The notes under the pieces were generated by a model. That model was not told the origin of the DNA. It was given only the letters and a program-made list of their open reading frames with translations, and searched no databases. A stretch of DNA of 63,531 nt, filler included, from Craspedostauros australis (taxonomy: Eukaryota): NCBI GenBank assembly GCA_030167865.1. It is 19 parts of 19 records of this genome, joined end to end, with 100 filler letters (N's around TTAATTAATTAA, not from the genome) between each part and the next. Parts side by side here need not be neighbours in the genome. Positions count along the whole stretch, not along the records: positions 50,074 to 53,295 come from JALAGF010000757.1; positions 53,396 to 54,780 come from JALAGF010000758.1; positions 54,881 to 60,043 come from JALAGF010000760.1; positions 60,144 to 62,059 come from JALAGF010000763.1; 15 more parts are not named here. The stretch is one strand, 5' to 3'. Below are positions 50,111 through 62,159 of the stretch, one piece after another. Each line of letters opens with the position of its first letter. Within the stretch, counting starts at the first letter, position 1. Made by a program: the position numbers and the translations under genes.

Positions 50111-53100
50111 TCAAGCTGTATCTGAATGGACCATCTCCTGGGAGGCTTGCGATTGCCCTCCACCCAGCGATTGCTCCGAGTTCATGAGGAGATGCTGAGG
50201 TCCGTGTTCAGCCAACCTTGCATTGTCCGCGGTTGCTGCTGTCTTCGCCACCATCATGACAGCACAATTTTGATGCAACACTCCGCTGACGTACGACTTC
50301 CCCAAAGTCAGTTGGGAGAATATACCACAGTGACCAGTGATCCAACATTCATCGACGACGCATCCATCCGCGAAGGTGACGTAGGTCGGCTCGAAGAGGC
50401 GGAAGCCGAAGTAGAGCAAGCGACCTTCCACGGTGACCCCGTGAAAGCGGAGAACGCTGTTGATCATCGGTGTTCCCGAGAGGATGGGATACAGCGACCA
50501 ATTGTGGACTGAGTAAGCGAACGATTGGTACACCATGTACAGCGGCAAGCACCATGGCGTCGTTCGATCATTGCTTCCCACGAACGCCATTGATATGTGG
50601 ACACGCAAGAGCATGGTCCACACGATGGTCTGGATGATGACCGATAGCACAACCAATGGGGCCGACTCGAATGATGACTGCGGCTTGACGACATTCATCC
50701 ATAGCTCAAAGGCTGGGATGAAGCTGATTGCTGCAACGAGCAAAACGACAGCGTACAGCAATGTGCTCGCCACCATGATCCCGGTCAGTTTCAAATCTGA
50801 TATGCTCTCATTGCGCGGATCGGGCTTTGGATGGATGGCGCTCTCCGTGATGTGTGTCTGTGGCGAGACCAAAGCGTTGCGGACTGTCACACCCGGCGCG
50901 CAGGTCGTCAGCATCCCAATGCTGCTATCCTCGATCGTGACTCTCCCGTATTTACTGTTTTCCTTCGTGTGGAAGGTGACGACGGATACGAACGATCGTC
51001 GGATGGTGATGAGGTCGACTCCGGATGGATCGAAGCTGTTTCTGAAGATCTTTGATCGCAGATCGATGTCCAATCCATGAGCCATGTGGACCAGGTTCCA
51101 AATGATCGAATTGGTGGTCAGTCCGTCGAGTATCAAGCATGCTCGGTCGAAGTGATAGTCGCATGCCCAGTCTGCGAATTCACTCCAGATACCGGTCCTG
51201 GCTTGGCCCGGTCTCTTCTTGCCGATCATCACCCACTTGAGTATGATGCTGGATATCACCAGCAGTACTGATGACAGACCGATGGATACAACCCAATATT
51301 GTAGTTTGGAGTATCTCCAGTCTCGGAGGTCATCGCGGACCAAGATATCGGAAATGAGGAAGCAACAGAAGGTCATGTACAGCTCAACGAGCAGCCATGT
51401 CATCTTCATGCCACCCAGGATGATCCATCTGCCATCGTTGTCGCTTGGTGTTACCCTTCCGGCAATGTCTGCAGCTGTGCTTGCATCTGCTTGTTGCGGA
51501 TCGTCGTCGTTGTTGTCGTTGTCGTTGTCATTGTCACCATCGTCGCTGTCGTCAATGATAATGCTGTTGCGGCTACGTGACACTGCCGCGCTTTCGACAT
51601 ATCCAGGATTGCCTCGGACGACGGTGTTGGGCGGTGCTTGGGCACCCTCCACCAGCACAGAAACGTGCTGTACGTAGCAGTTGGAACCGACCTTGACACC
51701 TGGACTGAGAATGCCCTTGATCGTCGCATTCGATCCCACCTGGATCGTGCGAAACCGCAAGCTGGGACCTTCTTCATCTTTCCATGGTCCAAACATTCGA
51801 CAACGGATCGGCTTGCTGACCAAGGCATTGGCATCAACCTTCGCCAGATCGAACTCCCGAATGAAGGAATCGATGTTGCACGAACGATGGACATGCGCTC
51901 CCATGAGGTAGCAGAATGCTGTCATCAATGGTGTGCCCACGATGAAACGTCCGACGAAGTTTTCCCACATATCCACGAGTCGGTCCACGAACCACCATCG
52001 AAGATAGTAGGAGTACGCGAGGTTGGTGTATCCCTCTTGGTACCTGCCAATGATGATCCACTTCGACAGGATGACCTCCAGCGTGAGCGTGATCATCCAG
52101 AATGGGATGACCAGCGGGTAGCACATCCAGATGAAAGCTGACGAATCGATGAAGAAGACAACGCGGGTGCGATTGTCATTGGCCAGGACTTTGCCGATTT
52201 CATAGGCTGGGATGATGGACAAAGCGAACATGAAGAGGATGATGAGCACGCCGATGGCCTGGGTGATGGTGGATGTTGTTTGGGGGAACTGTTTCTCGTT
52301 GCGCATGGTGGTAAGTCTCTTGAGCATTGGGAGACGCGTTGGGAGTGGTTCTCCGTGCGATGTCTCGAGGAAGGTTTCGAGATCCATGAGCGTTGGGAAC
52401 ATCTGGAAGCAATTCGGAGGGAGGGTGGTGCTGTACCGTTTTGACAGTGATTGCCGGAGCTCCAGTTCCCCCATGGATGACAGTCCAATATCTTTCCACG
52501 TGTCTTCGGTCTTCACGTCAGAACCAATGCATCTCTTCACAAGCTCGTAGAAGTCCATGTCTCTGATGTCGAAGTCTTCGATGATGGATTTCCTCAATGA
52601 GAGGCGCTTGGATTGGCTTGCGAGGCTGCCAATTTGTGTGCTGAAGAAATGTGTCTTTCCGATCACGTCAAGCACCACCTTCTGCGCTCCATCATGCAGG
52701 CGTTGTCGATTTTGGCGTCTCTGGATCTTCCCGCTTGTTGTTTTGGAGATGGTGCGTTCTTTGACGGCTGCGATTGCTGCCGGTGTCAACCCGATGTGTT
52801 CGATCACAGCCTTTCTGACCTCCCGACACACCGATTCTGCATCATCCGCACAGCTCGCTCGAATCTCAAATACGATCTCGAGCTGTCCATCGTTGCCTGA
52901 ATCGTCGGACGAGAAGGCAGCGACGCAGCCTGGACGGACAGCGGATGATGCCTCCTCGACTGTGTGCTCGATATCTTGCGGGTAGTAGTTGACACCGTTG
53001 ACGATGATGATGTCCTTCTTGCGGCCGCAGATGTAGAGGTAGTCATCTTGGTAGAATCCGTAGTCACCTGTGCGCAAGTACATCTTGCTGCCAGCATCGG

Positions 53101-53295
53101 ATGATGCATCGCCTTGGAGTGTAGCTTGGAAGGTTTCAGCGGTGAGCTGGGCTTGGTTATAGTATCCGGCTGTCACAGAGGCCCCGGCGACCCAGATCTC
53201 TCCTGTGACGCTGTCTGGACGTTGGACGCAGGTGTCCGGGTCCACGATGATGATATCGATGGAGCTGTGCAGATTGCTGCGTTCGGCGATAGCCA
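50111..53295 (-). CDS. NRPS-like membrane enzyme: FAAL-type adenylation domain (5'-partial) + carrier domain + three TM/beta-helix modules (Pls/TIGR02353-like terminal region)
   Basis: GEIWVAGASVTAGYY, YLRTGD, GRKKDIIIVNGVNYYPQDIE, VRPGCVAAF, KTTSGKIQR. Carrier-domain Ser in DIGLSSM. Repeated KW..IG / GTP..G..V units with hexapeptide-like stretches. Uninterrupted ORF of >1040 codons. Confidence 0.85.
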
Positions 53296-53395
53296 NNNNN
53301 NNNNNNNNNNNNNNNNNNNNNNNNNNNNNNNNNNNNNNNTTAATTAATTAANNNNNNNNNNNNNNNNNNNNNNNNNNNNNNNNNNNNNNNNNNNN

Positions 53396-54058
53396 CATGT
53401 AGGTCATCGAGATGAGGCCTGCGGTGGACATGTGATCCTTGAGGAGGCGCAGCATGCGCTGACGGTTGTCTCCGATCCGAAAGCGAGGGCGGATGCCTTT
53501 CTCCCGCTCCGGTTGGTTCTTGGAGTCCGAGCCGTTGTGGAGGACACGCTGCTGTTGGGAGCTGTCGTAGGACGTGGCTGCGTCTTCCGCAAGGCCAGTC
53601 CACTCGACGTTTGGTTTCCCTCCCGTCCAGGGCACCCAGTGACGACCAGCTTTGGTGAGGCCACCCATGATGGGCTTCTCTGGCTTGTCTTCGCTTTCGT
53701 ACGCCACGTACGTGGTTCCGGGTCCGATGGGGTCTTCGTCGGCGTCGAAAGGAAAGGCACCTCCAGTGGATCCAGTTTGGTTGCCTACGTTCCCTTCGCG
53801 TCCTGCGGTTCCCTCGGTTTCACCAGGGTTCGGTGGGTTGTTGGCATCCCCGGTGTTGCCTTGGGCGAGGTCGCCTTCTTCTTGCTCGGCGGCCGTTTGG
53901 TCCCCTTGCCGAGCTGGGATGGGGTTGGCTCCTCGCGAGATTCGTGATTCGTTGAGATCTCGAAGGGCTTGAGCGGCTTGTTGGTTGAGCCGCTCCACGA
54001 AGGCCTCCAGCCTGCGTTCCTCGCTGCTGATGCTCGTGTCTTCTCCTTGGACGCTCAT
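53396..54058 (-). CDS. Probable copia (CoDi-type) gag N-terminus, 3'-partial
   Basis: PIMGG...WTGGKP..EW motif recalled from diatom copia gag. A PBS-like sequence lies upstream. Confidence 0.5.
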
Positions 54059-54392
54059 GGTTAGGCGGTGGAGGTGTCGAAGTCGTTGGTCTTCGCTTGG
54101 TGTCGACGGTTGTCTCGGGCTTGGTTGCGCTTCCCCCTTCGATGGTGAAGGTGTGCACGGGGTGTTGGCAGGAGTGCTCTTGAGACGTACACCTGGTTTG
54201 CAGGTGTTGGTGGATGCGCTTGCTTAGCAAGGGCTTGGTTTGATGAGTTGCCTTCGGGCTAACNNNNNNNNNNNNNNNNNNNNNNNNNNNNNNNNNNNNN
54301 NNNNNNNNNNNNNNNNNNNNNNNNNNNNNNNNNNNNNNNNNNNNNNNCTTGAGGAAGTCTCTTTGAGAGTGAGGAAGGTGGATGTAAGCGAG

Positions 54393-54410
54393 AACCACTC
54401 GCAGCTACCA
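54393..54410 (-). other. Putative primer-binding site TGGTAGCTGCGAGTGGTT (initiator-Met tRNA-like)
   Basis: The plus strand reads AACCACTCGCAGCTACCA, shaped like a tRNA 3' end (T-stem, acceptor strand, U72-A73-CCA). Confidence 0.5.
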
Positions 54411-55817
54411 GTTAGTATTCCGTGTCTTCTGCACGTTGTCAGGAGGATGGTTTGTCCTTCAACCGGTTTTGACGCCGTTTGATGTTGAGAACAAAGCTGT
54501 ATCAGACGATGGTGTAACTGTAGTAGACTTGAAGGTAAACTGGTAAGATTGTTTCTGATTGCTTGTTTTATGTGTTAAGCTTACTGTTGACAGAACGATC
54601 GAGTAAAAGGGCAGGGTTCATGCTATCGTGCTTGAGCCGTTTGTGTTGTACAGCAACATGTCGTAATGGTTCTGTACATACCCAGCTGTGCAGTAACCCC
54701 ATCTGTAGAGCAGTACTTGATCCACGGGTGTGGATATGCTTCAAGATGCTTGCAGGATTTGCAAGATGGTTAGCTGAACANNNNNNNNNNNNNNNNNNNN
54801 NNNNNNNNNNNNNNNNNNNNNNNNTTAATTAATTAANNNNNNNNNNNNNNNNNNNNNNNNNNNNNNNNNNNNNNNNNNNNTTCTATCATGCTAATCATGT
54901 CAAGGGCTGGGATCTTACAGCCAAGCAGTCTTTGCAGTTCGATGCAATCACTCTTGTGATTCAAACATAAGCTGCAATGAACCTCTTGACAGGCATCTGT
55001 GATTGGTAGTCTCCAATCCCTTGTAGCTTGATAATTCTCACTTGGTCTTGGTTCGTACCCAGGGGTACGCGCTTCGCGTTGGCGGACAGTCGTGAGAAAA
55101 CCAAGACCAAATATTTTNGNGGGGAAATTGTCAAATTGGACTAATCCGATTACAAGGAAACTCCGAAGAGTGTCCTGCTGTCGGACGTCCAGGGCCTCAT
55201 GTTGTAACTGGTGGCATCAAGATACCGAAGCACACCATGTTCCCGCGCGCATTGTGTCACTCTGATTGGCAAAGTTCCAGCCTCCACGCACACATCACAT
55301 CACACCACTCGAAGCGCTGAGGCTGCATCGATCGGAGCATGTGTAGTATCGTGGTTGACTCCCCCAAGACCATCACAGAGGGATGTGCCTACTCATATTA
55401 CACAAACAATGGTATCACATGAAGAGGCACAACTGCACAGCGTGGCCAAGTCGGGCACCATCGAAGGTCGTATCGTGCGAGCGAGCGAGCTAGTCAGCTT
55501 CGGATCATGATGTAGCTGTCCACGGTCATATCATATCATACCACGCCATACCATACCATACCACGCCATACCATACACAGTGGTGGAACTACGCAAGTCC
55601 ATGCAGGCGTGTTGACTGACGACACGTTGCTTCATGATGAATGCACAGGATCATGGAATGGAGGACAGCAATCTTGAGCAGATGAGCTCATAATCGCCAT
55701 CCAAGCGCAACTGATTTGGGACCACATACTCTACCTGCTCTATCAGCTCTACTCGTACGATTGTACCACCAACAGGGACGACCACCAATCATCAACAACA
55801 GCGACAACAAGAAACGG

Positions 55818-57275
55818 ATGAACCGCGACGTGGATGCTGTCGCCAACACCAATACCAACAGCCATCATGATCCAGGCTTCAAGACTTTCTGGAAACAACT
55901 CCATCAAAGATGGTGGATCCCGAAGACTGTATTCAATGTGCAGTGTCATCCAAAACAGCAGATTGAATGCTACAGTGTCACACCCAAGCGGATGGAATAC
56001 TGGGACATGGCAATCGAAGCAGGATTCACCTTTGCTGACTTGGAATCGATGAAGCGGCGGCACAAACATGTTGCTCTATCACCTCGTGTTCTATTGAGCG
56101 ATTCGTTTCGCCAGGGCTGCGGGCGGATGTGTATTCGATCCCTGTATCTGGAATTCGGCACCATTGATCAATTCGGAGAAGAAGACAAGCAAGCGATTCG
56201 CTTCGTGCTTCGATTGGCTGCCGAACACCCACTCAAATCTTCATTCGACGAAGGCATCCGCTTGCATCGATGCTTCGTGGAGATGAAGCAGCTCCACGAT
56301 ATCCCTCTTGTGACACATCATGTGGATTTGCGCTCATGTGATCTTGTTGATTGTGACAAGCTCATGTTCAACATCTTCCAAAACTCCAAACACGTTCATT
56401 TTAGTTTCTGTAAACTTGCCAATGGGGGCGCCGATTTGTGCAGATGGCTGTCCCCAAGCAATTGCAGCCTCACCGAAGTATCCTTTTTCTGCGCTCATAT
56501 CACTTGCGATAGCTTGGCAAAGCTATTCCAGTCAAACAAGCGCATCAACAAGCTCAACATCAATTTCGGTCTGGTCCACAGCGCCCACTCAATCTACTCA
56601 CAACAAGAAACCGACCAGATCATGCAACTCCTTTCAGATGCATCACACCTGAAGGAGCTTGGTGTTTCCGGTATTTGGATTGGGTCATCGGAGCCAGAGC
56701 AGATGACAAGGTTCGACGCATTGATCTCGCTCCTGGGAAACAAGACCTTGTCATCTCTCACATACCCTGTCGTTGGGAATCCCGACATGTTTGAAGGTGC
56801 GCCCGAGATCTTCTCGGCACAGATGGAAGCACTTCAGCAAGCCTTGGAGCAGACTACCCAACTCACCTATCTCGACATTTATCCACGCCCGCCTGACGAA
56901 CATGTCCATTCATACAATGCGCTTGTTGAACGTATCTTGCGGCGAAATCATCGCAACAAGGTGAGAGCAGTGCTGTGTTCCCTTCCAACATGGTCGCGGC
57001 CACTGGCCCTGTTTGGAGAGATGTTGATGAGAACAAGCAAACATTGGGGTACAATGGATGCACTGGGCCTAATAGGTACAATGGATCCCATGAGCGAGAC
57101 TTTTGACATTCTGCTGCAGGGCAGTGAGACGTTGAAACAGGCGCGGGATGACAAGAGAGCGGATCGGCTCGTCCGAGTTGATGATGCTTCTGCTTGTTGT
57201 GTGAAAACGAAAGGCACATCGATGATTGGCGCGATCCTGCATTGCCTTGGAGTACTCTGGTCGTCGAGTAATTAG
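55818..57275 (+). CDS. Hypothetical protein with RNI-like leucine-rich repeats
   Basis: Intact ORF with periodic L..L.L motifs (SLTEVSF, INKLNI, HLKELGV, TLSSLTY, QLTYLDI) followed by L.RN, typical of expanded diatom LRR-like families. Confidence 0.6.
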   Translation: MNRDVDAVANTNTNSHHDPGFKTFWKQLHQRWWIPKTVFNVQCHPKQQIECYSVTPKRMEYWDMAIEAGFTFADLESMKRRHKHVALSPRVLLSDSFRQGCGRMCIRSLYLEFGTIDQFGEEDKQAIRFVLRLAAEHPLKSSFDEGIRLHRCFVEMKQLHDIPLVTHHVDLRSCDLVDCDKLMFNIFQNSKHVHFSFCKLANGGADLCRWLSPSNCSLTEVSFFCAHITCDSLAKLFQSNKRINKLNINFGLVHSAHSIYSQQETDQIMQLLSDASHLKELGVSGIWIGSSEPEQMTRFDALISLLGNKTLSSLTYPVVGNPDMFEGAPEIFSAQMEALQQALEQTTQLTYLDIYPRPPDEHVHSYNALVERILRRNHRNKVRAVLCSLPTWSRPLALFGEMLMRTSKHWGTMDALGLIGTMDPMSETFDILLQGSETLKQARDDKRADRLVRVDDASACCVKTKGTSMIGAILHCLGVLWSSSN

Positions 57276-57492
57276 AACAGCGCATGAAGACAGCATTGAT
57301 ACTCTGGTGAATGTGTATGTGTGTTGTTGTACGAGTGAGATGGAACAAGGGAGATGGTTGGGTGATTGTGATTGCGTGCGGTAATTGGAATGTCTAGATT
57401 GTATGAGTATGGCTGGTCCATCAACAGCAAGCGAAAGCTGTCCACAGAATCTATCTACCCCACATCGCGATTTCGCACTGCTCCATACATTC

Positions 57493-59130
57493 TCATATCC
57501 TCGGAACAGCAGTATCCAGAACGGTCTTCTTCGCAACGCCCGTCTTGTCCATGATGAAGAAGGACACGTCCCGGAACGTGGCCAACGGTCCTCACGAGGC
57601 CTCCAGGTACACCAGCAGACCAACCTTGGCCATGATGCCCGTGGTGGCCGTGATGTCCATGATGTCTGTGGTGGTAGGCCATCGCTTGCCCTTGTATTCT
57701 GTCTTCAGGATGTCTTCGAGTCTGTCCCCACCATTGGCTTGTTCATCGTGCTGCATGGTATGCTGCAGAATGGCGTTGGCCAGACAGTAGGCGTCTTGGA
57801 TGGCCTCTTTGGTGCCCTGTCCAAGGAACGGTGGCATGGCGTGTGCCGCATCACCACAGACAGTCAGGATGGCGGCCCTATCCGCATCTACGCCTTTGCA
57901 AGTGCTTCCATTGCAGTTGTCGTTGCAGCTGCAGTTGCAGTCGCCGTTGCGGTTGCCGGTGGTGGCCGCCATCACCTTGGTCCATCGCGCAAAGGGATTG
58001 TGGAGGTAGATCCCCAACTCGAAGAAACGATTGGCCTTGTCCATGAGTCGATCGATGATGGGCCTGATGGTGTGCATGAAGATCTTGGCATCATCGATCT
58101 GCTGTCACATCTGTTGCTGGATGTGCTCGCCCTCGGATCATGCCTTCCAAGGGACGCTCTCGTCATCCTTGCTGGCGGTGGGCTTGGAGAAGGGGAAGGT
58201 GTTGCAGAAGATGATGAAGCAGCCTCTGGTAGTGTCACGCTTGATGCCGCTGTTGTAGTTGCCGTTGTCATAGTTGCCATTGTCGCAGTTGCTGGTGAGG
58301 CAGTAGGCGCNGTTGCCAAAGTGNTGCTGCAGGATGGAATCTTGTTCCATTGTGTTCATTCGGTCGCCGCTGCTGCTGCTNCTACTACTACTCCTGCTAA
58401 TCCCGCTGTTATGCTCGCTGTCCTCTTTGGCGACATCCTGGATGGCGTACCGGATGCGGATGCCAGAGTGCACAGTCGCCGAACCTGCGTTGTTGCCTGC
58501 TGAAGACAGCACATTTCCGTCACCATTGTCATCACCATCACCGCTACCGTTGCCACCACCAGCGCCGTTGATGTACTGCTTGACGGCACTATCGACACCA
58601 TTCCAGCCCTCGACCATATCGTACCAGTACGGCCCTTCCCTCGTTCCATCTTCAAACGCGAGATGGATGGAATCTCGCTCCTCCGTCTTTTGACATGCCA
58701 CATCCACCACCTGCTTGCTGAGATGCACGGGCGTCACCTCCAGCTCCTCCAATGGCGTTTCCTGCAGCTCCTCCTGCAGCTCCTCCTGCAGCGCCTCCTG
58801 CAAGGCTCCCCGCAGGATGGAGGTTGGTACGCCATGACTTCGCCATCATCCTGGATCAGCGCCTTCGTCGTGGCGTCACTCCGCATCCATGATCATCTGT
58901 CTGAGATTGAAGTGCAGCAGCTGGAGCTTCCCCTTGGATGAGATCCAGCTGGTGGTCTTGGATCGCACAGTCGTCAACAGCAGCGCGACATCGGCCACCG
59001 CGCGCTCTTTGCTGCACGCTACAGTGACGGATAGATCTGCTTCAGCACTGCCATGCCGCCGTTAAGCTGCGCGCCCGCACCTGCGATGACGTCCAATTCT
59101 GGTCTGGCATCGAAGCATTTCACATCAATG
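57493..59130 (-). pseudogene. Degenerate FAD-dependent monooxygenase (UbiH / zeaxanthin-epoxidase-like)
   Basis: GAGAQLNGG near the N-terminus and GDAAHAMPPFLGQG..AIQDA FAD motif. In-frame stops (59019-59021, 57592-57594) and frameshifts. Confidence 0.75.
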
Positions 59131-59380
59131 ATGTGCACACAATGATGTGCACACAATGATGTGTGCAATGTTGTCTGCAGTGCTATTGTCATTGTCGTCA
59201 TCAATGTCGCCGTTTCTCTCGTACTAATGTGGTCCAACGACAAAGGCCAACGATTCTTGTTGCTTGAATGGTCTCGGTCGTTTCTGTCCTGCGATCTGAA
59301 CCTTCAACGTCAGCCGCACAAATGGCATGGTGCATTCATTGGATTAGAACGAGTTGATGACATCCAATATGGCAGTCATC

Positions 59381-60043
59381 TCATTCTCTGCATTCAGCAC
59401 CAACAGACAGCCACAAGCGATGGGTTCTACGATTCTGTGCCCCAGACTGCAAGCCGTCATGAGAACTGCTGGTGGCAAGCACCACTGCATTTGCTCGGAT
59501 CGAATCGTGCGGATCGTCTCCAGCGTGAAGGATGAAATCGCCATCATGGAGTGGATCCATCACAGTCACTATCCAATTTGTGAGTACCTGGAATGTAGTG
59601 GATGTGTCACTATCCTCCACATCCTCGGTGCTGCCGTCGGTATTGTCGGCACTGGCATCCAGTATTTCAGCCAACGCGTCACCCAGAGGTTGCGTCGATG
59701 CGCCAAAGGAGGAATCTGGATCAGCCCCGCATGTTGTCATGACTAAGACGATGGTCACTCCATCTTGTGTCGGCGTCTCCAACACCACATCAGGCACATG
59801 TCCCGCCAACCATTCCTGCTGCTGTCGTGGCTTCCATGTCTTCATCAACAACCCCACAAGCCCCTGTCGACCACGTGGGAATCCTTCCTTGACTACTTCC
59901 GAAACCTTCCTCAGAGGGTCTCAAGACATCATGCCTTGATCTTGGTTGGATCTCAGATCGCGAAGGATCGCTTCAGTTGACTCCAACAAAGCGATCCGTG
60001 TGCCTGTGGAGGTTGATGTGTTGCGCAACGCTGCAATGGCAGC
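59381..60043 (-). pseudogene. Degenerate HI0933/BaiN-like flavoprotein fragment (tentative)
   Basis: AAIAAL...IALLE...FPRGRQGLVGLLMKTWKP...EWLAGH resembles the HI0933 YPRG..L region. One in-frame TGA. Confidence 0.35.
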
Positions 60044-60143
60044 NNNNNNNNNNNNNNNNNNNNNNNNNNNNNNNNNNNNNNNNNNNNTTAATTAATTAAN
60101 NNNNNNNNNNNNNNNNNNNNNNNNNNNNNNNNNNNNNNNNNNN

Positions 60144-62059
60144 GACTAGGAGCCAATACTTTCCTTGTCCGTAGCTGTGCGTCTGGACACTTGATGTGTC
60201 AATGAACAGTCGATCACCAACCTCCTTTGCTCGTGATTGGAGTTTCTTCGTCATGGCCTTCTGCCTTTGTTTGCCAATGGCACAGTCCACACATGCATGC
60301 AATTTGCCTGTGACNNNNNNNNNNNNNNNNNNNNNNNNNNNNNNNNNNNNNNNNNNNNNNNNNNNNNNNNNNNNNNNNNNNNNNNNNNNNNNNNNNNNNN
60401 NNNNNNNNNNNNNNNNNNNNNNNNNNNNNNNNNNNNNNNNNNNNNNNNNNNNNNNNNNNNNNNNNNNNNNNNNNNNNNNNNNNNNNNNNNNNNNNNNNNN
60501 NNNNNNNNNNNNNCGTTGTCCGCGCTTCTCCAGGCTCATCACAACACCGTGGTTGCTGATGTTGAAGCCGCTCTCAAGCGCTTTGTTGATGCTGAGGAGG
60601 TTCACCCACAATTTGGGCACGAACTTCACTTGCTTGAGGAGGATGGTTGCGGTGGTACCGTTTTTCTGCATTACCACCATGCGCTTGTCACCCACCTTTG
60701 TTGCCTTGATGTAGCGACCGCTGCCGATCTTGATGGAGTGGTCGGCCACGCGCACGTTGGTCATCCCTTCGTCGTTGTTGGTCAGGTGGCACGAGGCACC
60801 TGAGTCGCCCAACCAAGTGTTTGCCTCATGGCGGTCTGGGGCGAGCGTGATGCGGCGTTCTTCGACGCCGTCGATGTCACCGANNNNNNNNNNNNNNNNN
60901 NNNNNNGGGTTTCTCTCGCTGTAGATGGGGAGTTCAGGGAACGCATTTGGGCTGCGGACTCCGTAGTGGCCTGGGTGGTATTTCCACATGATTTGGAGTG
61001 CTCCACGAGAGGCCAGGCTCCCGATGAGTCCATGGTGGATGGCTGGCAACTGCTCCTTCTCCAGCCGTTCGTTGATAAACGGCATGTTCTTCATGACGTT
61101 GAACGGGGTCATCATCCCGATTTCGCGTAGGAGGAAGTAGAGGGTGCGAGCATCCGCGCAATTGCGTCTGTCTCTAGAGTTGTACTCCTCCACTGTGTCG
61201 AGGCACAGCAAGGCAAGCTCGGAGCGCACACTGTCAGCCGGCGTGGCGTTGCTCAATGAGTATCGCACTGCGAGTGCGAGGGACTCCTCCTTTGCGAGCA
61301 TTGCGTGGCGTTCGTCGCGTTCTTCGTGGGTTGTCGGTTTCACCACGTCCGTTCCTTCCGGTAGATCGATGAGGAAGGGCTGGGCTAGACAATCGACGCA
61401 GTACGAGTAGATGTACCCTTGTTTGAAGCACAGTGGGCACGATGCCCATCCTTGGTACATTGCGCGCCCTGCTGCTTCGATCGTCTTCTCGATGGGAGAC
61501 TTGTTGGTGGAGAGCGAGAAGACAGGCTCTCTGCAGATGTCTTCCGCTCCGATCACCATCGCCACTTCGTTGGTGGACTCTTCTTCGGTGCTGACGAGGT
61601 CTTCATCGTAGATGACCTCGTTGAAGAACTCGTCGTCTTCGGTGGACTCGTCGTCGGACGGGAAGAGTTCGCGGTTGATGCGTTCGGCGGCGACCGCTGG
61701 TGGTCCGTAGTGACCATACACCCCTGGGTGGTGGGCCGCCCGCTCTTCNNNNNNNNNNNNNNNNNNNNNNNNNNNNNNNNNNNNNNNNNNNNNNNNNNNN
61801 NNNNNNNNNNNNNNNNNNNNNNNNNNNNNNNNNNNNNNNNNNNNNNNNNNNNNNNNNNNNNNNNNNNNNNNNNNNNNNNNNNNNNNNNNNNNNNNAATTT
61901 CTTGGGTTGTTACGAGTCTTGGGTTGGTCACATTTTTGACCTCTGTCGAATCGATTTCGAACTCGTTGGTGAGGAAGCACATCATCTCCGTGCTATCCAT
62001 GGACTTGTCGTCTTCGGGCAACCAGAAGGGCTCCTCGATCATGGCTAGGGCAACGTCGT
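60144..62059 (-). CDS. Ty1/copia polyprotein fragment: pre-protease region, aspartic protease, start of integrase
   Basis: WLGDSGASCH, L..V.FVP.L.VNLLS, CVDCAIGKQ, RLFIDTS...KYWLLV. Contains internal N gaps. Confidence 0.88.
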
Positions 62060-62159
62060 NNNNNNNNNNNNNNNNNNNNNNNNNNNNNNNNNNNNNNNNN
62101 NNNTTAATTAATTAANNNNNNNNNNNNNNNNNNNNNNNNNNNNNNNNNNNNNNNNNNNN

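Noticed and set aside
50111..60043. Biosynthetic gene cluster of the FAAL enzyme plus flavoproteins
   Set aside because: The genes lie on different contigs separated by artificial spacers, and the flavoprotein genes are pseudogenes.
30623..62059. Joining the 60144-62059 and 30623-31845 contigs as one copia copy through the shared GKYWLLV
   Set aside because: The codons differ in the overlap, so they are related but distinct elements.
9237..62115. Recurring TTAATTAATTAA as a biological repeat or piggyBac TTAA site
   Set aside because: It is always centred in 44+44 Ns, so it is an assembly linker. ORFs ending in 'LIN' or X-runs are artefacts.
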